NCBI GenBank assembly: GCA_015680685.1 | Contig: MNCI01002384.1 | Coordinates: 860,493-924,492, forward strand | Length of the DNA: 64,000 bases | Reading direction: 5' to 3' | Origin: Gnetum montanum | Taxonomy: Eukaryota; Plantae; Gnetophyta | Part shown: positions 50,100 through 62,310 of the stretch, in pieces | Position numbering within the stretch: position 1 is the first letter of the stretch | Layout of the letters: the number at the start of each line of letters is the position of its first letter | Translations under genes and position numbers: made by a program | Notes under the pieces: model-generated | The model's input: only the letters and a program-made list of their open reading frames with translations | Databases searched by the model: none | Told to the model about the DNA's origin: nothing

Positions 50100-53000
50100 A
50101 AAGAGTAACATCAAATTGAAGTTGGTAGACCAATCCATCACTATTCCTTTACAATTAGTGTAAGACATCGTGCCCACCATTTGTGGATGGTCATATCCTA
50201 CCAGTTTTTTAATAATCCATGTGGAAAACAACAAAGGGGACTTTCCTATCATCATGGGAAGAGCATGGTTGACCATCATAAATGCAAGGTTGGGGATCAA
50301 AGACCTTTCCTTGGAAATTTCCAAGGAAAATGACCTTGGAAATATTGAGAAGAAGAGAGTTCCCTGCATCGCATACAATGGCATAGGATGCCACAGCATG
50401 CAGAAACTATGGGCTATCAAGGGCATATCACTTTGGGCATGTAGTCAATATGTAGATATCACAAAAGTTCAAAGGTACCTATATGTAGTAGCCACTAAAC
50501 AGGAGGATACTTAGTGGCTGAAAACTAAAAATGAGGCTGGATCAACAATATGCATGGAACTAGCTAAGAGCCTCACCAACTCTTATGTAAAAAGCATGGA
50601 TAAGTTAGAGCAACTCTATCACCGAGTCTCTAATGCACAGAGTGAGATCAATTAGGGAGAGCTAGAAATCCCTAAAACTTTCAAGCAAGAGACCCTTGAA
50701 TTAAAGGCTCTATTAACAGGAATGGAGTATGCATTTCTAAACATTGACAAGCCAGTAATTGTCAATGACATACTTGCTCTCGTACAAAAAAAGAAATTAT
50801 TGGAGGTTGTCAACAATGATCAATAGCTTTTTCCTAGTCATATCATGAGTTAACAAGAATTGATCCAAGGATATGCCAACATAGAATTCATATAAATTTC
50901 TCTATTAAACTAAAGAGATAGCCACAAAGACGCTTGAACCCAAAACTCAAGAAAAATTTCAAAGGGGATATTGAACAACTCCTTAAGCTCATGTTCATTC
51001 ATTCTATTATAGATAGTTATTAAGTAGCCCATTTTTTTTGTGCCCAAGAAAAAAAGAAAAGTGGAAAGTCTGTATAGAACTTAGGTTGATAAATATGGCA
51101 ACTTACAAAGATTATTTCCCATTGTCATTTGTAGACCAACTACTAGATACTATTATGGGGTATTGTTACTATAGCTTTTTCTATAATTATAGTGGCTATA
51201 ATCAATTTTAGATCACACCTAAAGACCAACCGAAGATAATTTTTACAAGTTCTTAGGGGACTTTTATATACTGATAGATGCCCTTTTACCTATACAATGC
51301 TCTCGCCACATCTCAATGATTAGTCCTTATCATCTTCTAATAATATATTGGCACTAGGGTAGAAGTCTTCATGGATGACTTCTCAACCTATGGAACCACA
51401 TTTGAGCAAGCCTTGGACCACCTGTGGAGATCAACATATGGTTCAATTACCAAAGGAGCCACTTGATGGTCTAATAGGGCATTGTCTTGGACCATCAAAT
51501 CTCAAACAAAGGGATCAAGGTGGACCCAATGAAAATAAGGGCCATCCAAGGAATAACTAAACAACCTGAAATAGTGAAGGATGTGTGGTCATTCATTGGC
51601 CATGCTAGTTATTATCGGCACTTCATCAGAAACTTTTCAAAGATCATCAAGCTATTGGTAGAACTTAATAAGAAAGATGTACAGTTCTTTTGAACCAAGG
51701 TATGTAAAAATGCATTCCAATAACTAAAGTAGAAACTTGTGGACACTCCAATTCTATGAGAAATAGACTAGTTCAAGCCATTCCACATCATCACAAATGC
51801 ATCCAACTATGCCTTGGAGGTCATGCTTACATAGTTGGATGATTAAAAATGTTCATATTACATCCATTGTGCAAGGAGAAGCATTTTGGATGCACAACTC
51901 AACTACACCACCACTAAAAAGGACCTTATGGTGGTGGTGTATGCCCTTGAAAAGTTTAGGCACTATGTGCTTGGATACAAAGTGTTTGTGCACACCAACC
52001 ATAGTGCCATATAGTTCCTAATAAATAAACCAACAATGAGCCCCTGTGTCATATGGTGACTAGTGATCCTCAATGAGTTTGATTTGACAATGGTTGACCA
52101 AAATAGAGCTAAGAATGTGGTAGTTGACCACTTGTCTCAATTGCAATGAAGAGCCAATTATCTAATTAATTTTTTTATGAACTCCTCTTAGCTAGCGTTG
52201 TTAATGCTTCAACTCCAAAAAAATAAACTTATATGATAACATCCTCTTCTATCTACTCACCCAGGATGCCACAGGAATCGGACCATAGGAATAAATAGGA
52301 GTTTCTTCATTACACCAAGCACTTCATGGAAATCAAGAGAAACCTCTACAAGAGTTACATTGATGACCTGGTACAATGGTGTGTCCCTGATGTAGATCAT
52401 CTTTGAGTCCTCTAGGATGCACATGTGGGACCTTATGGGGGGCCACTATGCAAGATATTATTGGCCCACGATCATCTGAGATGCCCATCACTTCTTCCAT
52501 TTCTGTGACTAGTTCCAATGTGATGGAGCGATGCCCAGATGCATGGAAGGACCACAATAGTGAATCCAACCATTAGAGCCTTTTGATCTTTGAGGGTTTG
52601 ATTTCATGAGGCCCATCAACCTTATGTCAAAAAAAATGTATACATCATCATGGCTATTTACTTCTATACCAAATGGGCTAAAGCTGCTACCATCACTAGT
52701 TGTTCATCCTCTACAACAACATGATTTGTATAATAAAATGTTGTTAATAGATTTGATGTGCCATCAGCACTAATTTCTGATAATGGAACACAATTTACAC
52801 GTGCCAATTTTGAAAGCTTATGCAATGCTTAGGGGTTGAAAATAAACTAACAACTCCTTAACACCCCAAGCTAATAGCCAAGCTAAGATTACTAATAGGA
52901 AAATCAACAAAATATTGATACAAATAATTAGTAAAATTAGGAAGGACTAGAGAAAAAACTCAATGATTCTCTTTAGGCCTTATCATTCAATGTGGAAACC

Positions 53001-53450
53001 TCCTATGAGCTCATGTACAAAAAACTTTCAATGCTTTCCATCCATGTTGAGCTCCATACACTTTCAATGACCTATGACCTTGACTTGGACCTAAGTCTAG
53101 CCCAATGAAAAAGACTACTGAATCTCAACATGCTAGATAAGAATAGATTAGTGGCCCTATCATCGAATAAAGTGCACAAGGCACATAACAAACAATGTCA
53201 TGACCTTAAGATTTGAAAGGTAAAGTTTCAACCAAAGGATAAGATGCTCTACTAGAACCACATGCACATGCCTCAATAGACAAAATTCAAAAGTATGAAA
53301 GGGTCCTTAAATTATATATGAAACCTTTCCATCTAAGGCCATGATGATATACCATCGTAATGGTCCAAGTAAGAGATTTTTGGTGACCACACAACAACTC
53401 AAACCTTTCCTTGAACCAAGAACAATCAAAGAAACAAAACCATCAACTAA
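50100..53450 (+). pseudogene. pol: pol pseudogene (partial PR, RT, RNase H, integrase), Athila-like
   Basis: DFPIIMGRAWL (PR end). CQHRI..PQRRLNP..KDYFPLSFVDQLLD..SGYNQ..EVFMDDFS (RT). ITNASNYAL..AQLNYTTTKKDLMVVVYALEKFRHYVLG (RH). HVGPYGGHY, GFDFM, RFDVPSALISDNGTQF, HPQANSQAKITNR (IN). No chromodomain. Confidence 0.92.
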
Positions 53451-54904
53451 TGGACATGCATGTTCAATTTTCTAAATCTCCTCCTCCCAACTTAGTCATG
53501 GGAGGATGCATGTCCATATCATATGAGCAGCTCTTCAATTTTCAACTTCTATTTTTTACATCATTTTTCATATGTTTTTTATTTTCTTGAATATTTTACA
53601 ATTTTTTCTATATTTTTCCTTATTTATACTTTTCTTATGTGTCTTTCTTTTCTTTATTGCCATCAAAACTTTGGTGGTAAATATAGTTACTGATTGATGG
53701 TGGTTTGTAACTTACATTGTTTACTTGATTATAAATGACTAGATTTCATCTTAGATTTTTGACATCACAATGGAACATTGATTTTTTCATGATATTAGAT
53801 AGTAAGTTCACATCACCCACCATTCCACAAAACTCTATGATGTTTCCTCATTTTGGAAATATGAGGTCCTTTATTAATAAAAAATTTGATGAATTTGTGA
53901 CCTTGGTACTTTCCAAACTTGGGATAAATTAAGTGGATGAACAAGGATGTGGCTTCAAGGGGATTTTTCACCTTTGTCACCTATCCCCCATCTAGGGTTA
54001 CATGAGTATTTCCATGGATTCCTCACCATTCCTATGTCAACCAATAAATAAGAAGAAATGTCTTTACATGGTGTGGTTCCCATTGGAAAAATAAAAACAT
54101 AATGGAAATTCAAAGCTTACTCCTTAGACATAATAATGGGCTACAAGCACTAGGTATGGGGCTAGAAATACATGTTACCAATGCCCAAAGGCACCCCTCG
54201 AACTAAGGCCTTTTTTACTTCTTGCTTCTCTTTTCTTCTTTCTTTGGAATGGTGAGTGATCTGTGGGGATGTTCCTATACCTTGAAGGGTGGAATGATCT
54301 AATGTATCATTGCAAACTCATTGGAAGTGGATGGTCTTGATTCTAATTATGAATGGAAGCTATCGGTTCATACTAATCACATTCTCCACATGGGACTTCA
54401 TGTGATCAAAATGTGGGAATCCATTCAATACTCTCTCTCATCCACACATTCTTTCCATGTATCACCTCATTGCTTTTTCTCATGATTGGATTGATGGGTT
54501 CATGTTGAGATGGTCTTAATTCTTTGATGGTTTCTTTGGTGATTTGATTTTTAACAATCCACAACCATTAATCATCCTTGGAGCCCATGGAATCCTTGGT
54601 TTGAGGGCATCTAAGGGCATAAGCCTATTATGGAGAGGACCCACTTGCATACCCCTTGGCTGGGCTAGTTAAGTACCTTATCCCTTAGGAATTTTGGTTT
54701 CAAAACCTTTGTTTTCCACCTCAATGCATTCAGTTTTTGCACTCATTGACAATTACTCTTCTACTAAATCTCCTTTCCAAATGTCTACCTAGTCCTCTTC
54801 AAGCATTTGTCCTTATTCTAGGCTTCTCTAACTTCCTCTAGATCCCAATTTCATGGAAAAAATCCTTTTCCTTAGTTTTTCAATTGTGAAAACTTTTATT
54901 TTTG

Positions 54905-54955
54905 ACTACATCAATGCATCCACGTTGATGCAATGCAAAAATAGTATAAATATGT
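54905..54955 (+). promoter_or_regulatory. Putative internal promoter: copy of the LTR CATCAATGCATCC motif plus TATA box
   Basis: ACATCAATGCATCCACGTTGATGC..TATAAATA (54945) versus LTR ACATCAATGCATCCC (46565)..TATATAAAT (46639). Confidence 0.55.
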
Positions 54956-55390
54956 GAGAAGAGTTAGAAAAATTTTCACATTAGCCTCATAATGCTAGGG
55001 GAGTTTTTGCAATTTTTAGAGCCCAAATCCTTCCTAAGCTCATAACTTCCTAATTGCTTGCCTGAATCAACTTGTTCTTCAATCCTTTACCTACTAGAGA
55101 TGAGCTTTATGTCATGGAGGCCACAAACCTATGGTTTATGATAGAAAATTTTTCATAAATTTTCTCACTATGAAATGGTTTAAATAATAGAATAATATTA
55201 AGTATCACTAATTCACCTAAGTTAAACCTCACCAACAAACTTAGGTAGCTATTATAATAAAATAATTTTAAATAATTAGTCTACCATGATCACAAATTAG
55301 CCTAACTATAACTGGAAAAATGGAACAAGGTATCAAAGTGTTATAAGTTATACATAAAATGCTAATCCTTGGCTATGTGTGTGATCTTAG

Positions 55391-58226
55391 ATGATGCCAA
55401 AGAGTCCATAGGAAAAAAGACCATCCTGACCATAAGAGAAGTGGCCTAGAGCAAGAAGGGGCTAGCAGCCATAGTAGCACCAAGAAAGTGAAGTAGAGAT
55501 ACATGTCATAGAATCTCTTCAAGAGGAGCCCAAAGTGGAATCTATTCATTAGATTCCCACTATATAACTAGGATAGTCTAGGCAAGATGAGGTGCCAAGG
55601 CCTAAACCAAATCTATAGGTCACCTTGAACAAGGACTACCAAAAGCAAATCTGTTCTAAGAAGATCCAAAGTGTTGTTCTTCAAAAACTCAACTTTGGTT
55701 CCTTCTTGGAATTGACACCAAAAGAGGCAAAGATACAATTGAAAGGATCTCCCATGTGGTCCATCCTCACTTCCAAAGGGAAGTGGTACATGGGGGAGAC
55801 TTACCTCTTCTAAAACAATCAATAGGTAGATGTGACCATGAAAATTAAGGACATTAACATGTCTTACTTGATCAAGGCCATTGTAGAGGCCCTCAAGTTG
55901 CCTAAAACTAGGATAACTTTGGTAGAAGTTTCTACATAAGCAAACCCTGACATCAAAAAGGAATAGGTCCAATGATGCTATGGAGTGAACAGTAAGGGGT
56001 ACAATGCACTTACTAAGATAGAGAGGGCCTAATTTAAGATTGTGGCCTCTCATCTAAACCTAACAGTGAGGCTCAGCAAGATCACTACCTTCTCTGCCCA
56101 TGCTTTCTATTCTAATTGGAAAATTTCTACTTAATCTTCCTCAGCTCATCTTCATGGAGATAGATAATGATTCAAAGAGAATGAGTAAGGGAAGACACTC
56201 CCCTTTCCATGTCTAATAGGAAAATTTGCAAAAGGGGAGAAATAGCCCATAATGTGAACAACATGCTTCTTCATGCTTCTACCTCATCTTGATAGGAGAT
56301 AATGAAAGACAAGGTGCCTACCAAGCTACTTGAAGAGGAGCAGCCACCCCCACCACCACCTATTGGAGAAATTAATGTTAGAGGCTTGTGTAGCAATTAA
56401 GCACATGAGAAAGTTCCATGAGCAACTCTTGCAATAACAATAGGGAGAACTAAGTGGTGAAGATTCCTTAGTCTACTAGCCAATGTTGAGTCACATCAAT
56501 GAAGTAACATGAACTATCAGCTGGCTAAATGATACTACATCATTGTTTTTAATACAAAGGATTAAAGCATAAGTGAGATAAAATCCAAGTGCTTGAGAAG
56601 TGACAGTATCCATCCCTAGATAACAATAATTCCCAGAGATATTTGGGATTGCTACCACTTTCTCAGTGCACTTGAAGGAGGGGGAGGGGGCAACTATCCT
56701 AGTGATGTAGCACTATGGACAGTAAATAGCGATGGAGGTGGTGGCCAACCAAGTTGTAGATACCTTGAATGCTTCTACAACTATTGTGCTAAACATTACT
56801 ACACTCAAAAAAATGCAAGCATTCATAGCAGCAAGAAGTAGGAGGCTAAGTGCAACACAACCCTATGTTGGAAAAACTAGAAGGAACCAGGCAACAACTT
56901 CTAGAGATCTTTGATCTTTCAGAATAAATCATTACTATCTATTAAGAGCTACTAGAGACCAATGGCAAGCTCATCACTACAAATGTCCAACATGAGGCAA
57001 CCATAATCAAAAATTGACAATTGGCTATTGAAGTTTTAAAACTAAGAGCCTACTTGACCAATCCCACCATTCTTAGCCAAGTCATTACAAGGGATGAAGC
57101 TTTTTTGTAGCTTCAAAACAAATTAAAAGAGGCTAAGGATGCGAATGAGATGGTAATCTTTAACATTTCCTTATCGAAGGCTCTAGCCTTCAACATTAAT
57201 CAGGACTTTTTGCAAGTCTGCAAGAAGAACCTACACCTAACCAGCTACATTTACCGCTTGCACAATGTCAAAGAAGAAAAGAACCAGATGGTTGAGTTTA
57301 TGAGATAATAGCATGAGTAGCTTTCCAAGATGAACATGGATCTAAGGAGGTTGATAGCTAAGAACTAAAATCTCTAAATAGAGGAAGTCCATGCACTTTG
57401 TCAAAAAACAACCATTGAGGTAGTCTCCTAGAAGAATGAGGCTATGAAATTTAAATTATTGAAAAATCACTACAGGTACTAGGTTGGGCTTCTCAAGGAG
57501 TTAAATGAGAAGGAGATTCAATTGGCCAAGAAAAAAATTAATGAGACCCTCCAACAACTCCTACAAAGAGGTAATGTATGGCAACCAATCTTTGATGGAT
57601 TAAATGCCTACAACAAAGTGGAGATCTGCCTAAAGGATTTGCAAATTGATAAGATGATAGAATACATGGAGCTTGCCAACCTCCATTACACAAACCTAAC
57701 AATGTTGATAGCCAAAAGACTGTGATTAGAGTTAGAGAAGCAAGTGGTAAGCTCGTACCTCCTTTATGAGGCCAAGTTCAAGCATGACAAAGACACCAAG
57801 AAGAAGCTAAAAATAACTAATGTAGATCTTGAAGTTCTCAGGAGCTTATTGATAGACCAAAAATCAGTTGCTAAGAACCTATCCTATAGAATCAATAACT
57901 ATCATGAGCTTCATAACCTTATCAAGATGTTTAATGTTGAATGTAAAACATTGACAACCTGGTTTGTCAATGTCAAGGAACTATTCCCAGCAACACCATT
58001 TCTATCAGACATCCTTGTACCAGCCCACATTGGTGACACTGCATGGATTATTTATGATCTATGAAGTAAAGAGAAAAAGATCAAGGCATTGCTAGATTTC
58101 TTTCACCTTCCACCTGAAGCAGTAGCTATAATAGGACAACTACAACTACTACCACCGCCACGAGCACTGAAGGTTGTAGAATGTCCTTCAACATCCCAAG
58201 AGCCTTCACCTCCTAACACTATCTAA
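55391..58226 (+). pseudogene. Extra 3' ORF (env-position gene): N-terminal globular domain plus C-terminal coiled-coil domain
   Basis: ATG directly after the acceptor GTGTGATCTTAG. ..MWSILTSKGKWYMGETYLF..KAIVEALKLP.. in the N-terminal part. C-terminal DLQIDKMIEYMELANLHYTNLTMLIA..TWFVNVKELFP..HIGDTAWIIYD is homologous to 20145-21538. Confidence 0.78.
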
Positions 58227-60504
58227 TCTTCTCTTTATCTTTGGCTGCCAAAGGATTCTAGCTATCAAATATTGTAAGGGTATTCAATTTTGTTTTCTTG
58301 AACACCCATTTTTGTACTTGTTGTAATTTCATATAATATGGCACTTACAGTCAATTAGTTGAATCAATCAGTTCATGATTTTATACCTTCCCAATCTTGT
58401 AAAAAGCTTTATCCTACTTTTGTTCAATTGAGGACAAGTTTTCAATAAGTCATGATGCTATTATAAATCATTCAATGGGCTACATTAACTAGCATGCATC
58501 AATACATCGCCATCAATGCATAGGTAGATGCCTTGACGTAGTGTCTATCTTTACCTATATAAATGCACATACCCACCACATTTATGGCACATTAAGTCAA
58601 TAAAGAAGCCAAGTTATTGCATTTTTCTTTTGTCAAAGTTACAATATTTTTTAAGTGCCCATAGTACAACTTCAATGATTGTATGGATCCTTATTCAAAC
58701 ATCAATGCACTTAAACATTATGATATGTTAGTAATAAAGATGAGAATCTTGGAACTCTTTATAGCACTTAACAATAGTTTAATATTTTCATTCATGCACT
58801 TCATTGTTTATGCACTTTACAATTATGTCCTTAGCTAATACACTTAATAATCACACATAAGTATGACCACCTCAAACATACTGTTAACACTTAGTAATCG
58901 TAGTGGTGTTATCACTTGGTTCATCCAATAGCCTAACACTTGGTAAGCCAATACCATTCCTAATAAAGTTAGGATGTGCACAGAATGTGGGCTTGAATGC
59001 TTATGTTATGATAATTAGATTAAAGCATTAAATAGTTAATTAGTTAATTCACAATTAATTACTTTGTTCCACACTTAGATTAAATCAAATAAAATATAAA
59101 AATATAAATAAAAATCATGTGCCTTGGCTTACACTTAACCATACCCTTGCACTCATACAAGTGAAGCCAAGAAGACAACAATCATGTCTTTAAGTCACTA
59201 ACTTACCTATTGTGCATTTAGAAGCTAAGGTCCATGGAATTTGACTAGATCACTATTTCAACACTTTTGATTCGTATGGTTGGGTGTAAGGACTACTCAC
59301 TACTCATCAAATATTATTCTACTTTTATATTTACCCTTGAAAACTATTAGCTACTTTGAACTATTATTATTATTATTATAGTTTCTAATTGATGAGTTGT
59401 GATATGACAAGCTACATCGACAGGCATGCATCAACATAGCCCCATCGATGTATCCTTGTCAACGCATGGTTTGATGTGTTGACACTAATGCAGGTAGGGC
59501 CTATATATATGTAGTCGCCACCCACATTTATGACATTTTAGATTGGTAGCATAGTGAGTCCCTTACAATTTTAATTCCTTAGAGTTAGAATATTTCTCTC
59601 TGAGTGCCTGCAGTGTGAATTAAAGAGCATGTACAATGCTTTTTTCAAACGTTATATACATGAATGCATTAGTATGGGTAGCAATAAAGTTGAGATTTCT
59701 AATATTCAATGGAAAAAATAAACAAACATGAGAATTCAAAGCATACCCCTTGGAAAAAATAATGGATTACAAGCATTGGTTTTGGGGCTAAAAACATATC
59801 TTACCCATGCTTGAAAGCACCCCACTAAGTAAGGCCCTTCCTATCTTCCTTCTTCTCTTTTCTTCTTTTCTTGGAGTGGTGGTTGTTCTTTAGGGATTAT
59901 CATGAATTCTCAATGTTGAAGGATTAGGATATGGCAATGTGAAGTCAATGAACATAGATGGACTTGGTCCGAACTAAGGATGGGATGGTATTAGATCGTA
60001 TTAATCATAAGTTTCATAAGGACTTCATGTGACCTAGATGAGAGAATCTCTTACCACACTCTCTCTTCCATCATTCTAACCTCACTACCTTCTATCATAT
60101 TAATTGATGTATCTATTATGTCATGTGACATAATCCTTTGATGATCTCTCATGTGGATTTAATTTTTAACTTCAAAATTATCCTTGGTGCCTATGGACTT
60201 CATGGGATAAGAGCATGCAAGGAAATTAATGGCATGAGCCTCCTTTAGGGAGGATCCACTTACATATCCCTTGGTCATTTTCACAATCAATCTTCTCACT
60301 TTACCCTCAGAACATCTGGTTTTACTTTTTTGGAACTAATTTCTCATCCAAATCAAATCTAACTTCTTTCCCAATGAACTTGAAATCCTCTTTACATTTT
60401 TGCCATCCTTTTATGCTTTTCTAGCTTCTTTTGGACTCTTGTTTTATTTCCAAACTCTTCTAAAATTCCTTATTTTCATTATTAAAAAAATTGGCTCAAA
60501 CAAC

Positions 60505-60595
60505 TCATTGATGCATTCCCATCAATGTAGTGGGATTCATTGACACAGCCCTATTGATGCATCCCCGTTGATGTGGCAAAAAAATCTATATATAG
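60505..60595 (+). promoter_or_regulatory. Putative internal promoter: CATTGATG/CATCAATG array plus TATA box
   Basis: CATTGATGCATTCCCATCAATG..TTGACAC..ATTGATGCATCCCCGTTGATG..TATATATA, matching the element's own LTR array (59429-59510, 62575-62655). Confidence 0.55.
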
Positions 60596-60819
60596 CTATA
60601 ACACTTAGCCAATTTGTCATCATTTTCTCAAAAATTCAAGAGGATTTTTTGAATTTTTCAAAGCCCAAGAATCTTCCAAGAACCATAACGTTTACATTGC
60701 TAACTCGATTCTACCTATTTTTCAACCCTCTAGCTACCGTAGGTTAGCTTGTCATCATCGGGGTCATAAACCTTTGGTTTTTTTCTAGAAAATTTTTTGA
60801 AGTTTTTCTAACACAATAG

Positions 60820-62310
60820 TGAAAGTGATGATCGATAGAATAGTTGAAGCCCTAAATGCTCTTGCAATAACCATGTCAAACATCTCCATAATGGCAGACA
60901 TCTAGACATCTACAGGATTTGGAAGTGATTGGTTAAGCACTGTTTAACATTTGAAGAAGTGTTGGAATGGCTAGTGGAAGCCAAGATACTATTTCCATAA
61001 ATATTTGATGTCCTTAATGAAATCATTGCAACCTAGTTAGAGCTTCTTAAGACAAAGGAAAAAATGCTTATTACTAATGCCTAATGATCAATTGCTGAGA
61101 TTGTGAAGTTGTAGGCCCATCTCTTTGACCCTACCTTTCTTAGCTCAGACTTCATAACAGATGAAGTTACTTTAATAGCTTCAACATAGACTATGTAAGG
61201 CTATGAATGTGAAGGAGGCAATGGTGTTTGATGCATCCTTGTTTGAGGCTATGACATTTAACATTGACAAGGACTTTTCACAAGTCTATAAAGAAAACTT
61301 AATATTCATGCAAGACAATCATCTCCTATGAAATGTTGAGTAATAGAAAAACCAGATGGTTGAATTCATTTTCCAATAGCAAGAGTAGCTAGCCAAGCTT
61401 AATCTTAACTTGAGGACATTTGTAATAGAAAATAGAAATCTCTTGATGGAGAAAGTTTATGCATTTCACCAAAAAAAAAAACATTGAGGTAGCCACTTGA
61501 AAAAATGAGGCCCTAAAATTTGAGCAAGTAAAAAACAATTACAATGACCAGTTTAGGCTCCTTAAAGAAGTTAATGAGAAGGATATCTAATTGACCAAGG
61601 TAAACATGAATAAGGCTCTCCAGAAATCTAACAAAGGGGCAACATGTGGAAACCCACCTTTGATAGACTAAATGCATACAACAAAGCTAAAATCCACCAA
61701 AAGATTTTGAAGATCAAGGAGATGACTGAATACAGAGAACTTTCCAACATCCACTATGTAAAACTATCTATGTTGATAGTGGGAAGACTAAGAATAGAGT
61801 TGAAGAAACAAGTGGCTAGTTCCTACCTCCTATATCAAGAAAAATTCAAGCATCATAATGAGACTAAGTAGTAGTTAGAGATGTCCAACATAGAGCTTGA
61901 AGTTCTCAAAAGCAGATTCACTCATCAACAATTTATTGCTAAGAACCTAAATAGAAGGATGAATGACTACCATAAACTATGGAACCGGGTAAAAACATTT
62001 GATGTCAAATGTAAAAAATTTGTAGCATGGTTTATTAATGTGAAGGAATTGTTTCCTTAGATGTCCTACCCTTGGAAAATCCTTGTTTTGGACCATATTG
62101 ATAAAGTCGCATGGACTACCTATGATTCACATAGCAAAGAGAGAAAGATGAAAGCATTCCTAGATGATTTCAAGCTTTCAACAATGGTAGCAGTAGTTTT
62201 AGGTCAACCTTAGCTACCTCCACTACCACCAACACTAGAACCTAGTGAACGATCTTCAATGCCATAGGAGTCTCCACCTCTAGTCACTATTTTCACCTTG
62301 TCTTTAGTAA
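60820..62310 (+). pseudogene. C-terminal coiled-coil part of the extra ORF
   Basis: MWKPTFDRLNAYNKAKIHQKILKIKEMTEYRELSNIHYVKLSMLIVGRLRIELKKQVASSYLLYQEKFKH.. and ..AWFINVKELFP..HIDKVAWTTYD, homologous to 57570-58060. Confidence 0.8.

Larger units (their letters stand above)
46544..59309 (+). mobile_element. Full-length decayed Athila-like Ty3/gypsy element (gag, pol, extra 3' ORF)
   Basis: LTRs 46544-47396 and 58461-59309. Degenerate tRNA-Asp PBS TGGCATTGTTGTTGGGG (47398-47414). TSD AATGT/AATAT. Confidence 0.9.

Noticed and set aside
59800-59880. Antisense reading RKEEKRRRKIGRALLSGVLSSMG, resembling a furin site plus fusion peptide
   Set aside because: Not preserved in one frame in the homologous copy at ~54180-54260, and it derives from a CT-rich tract. 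Insufficient evidence for an envelope glycoprotein.
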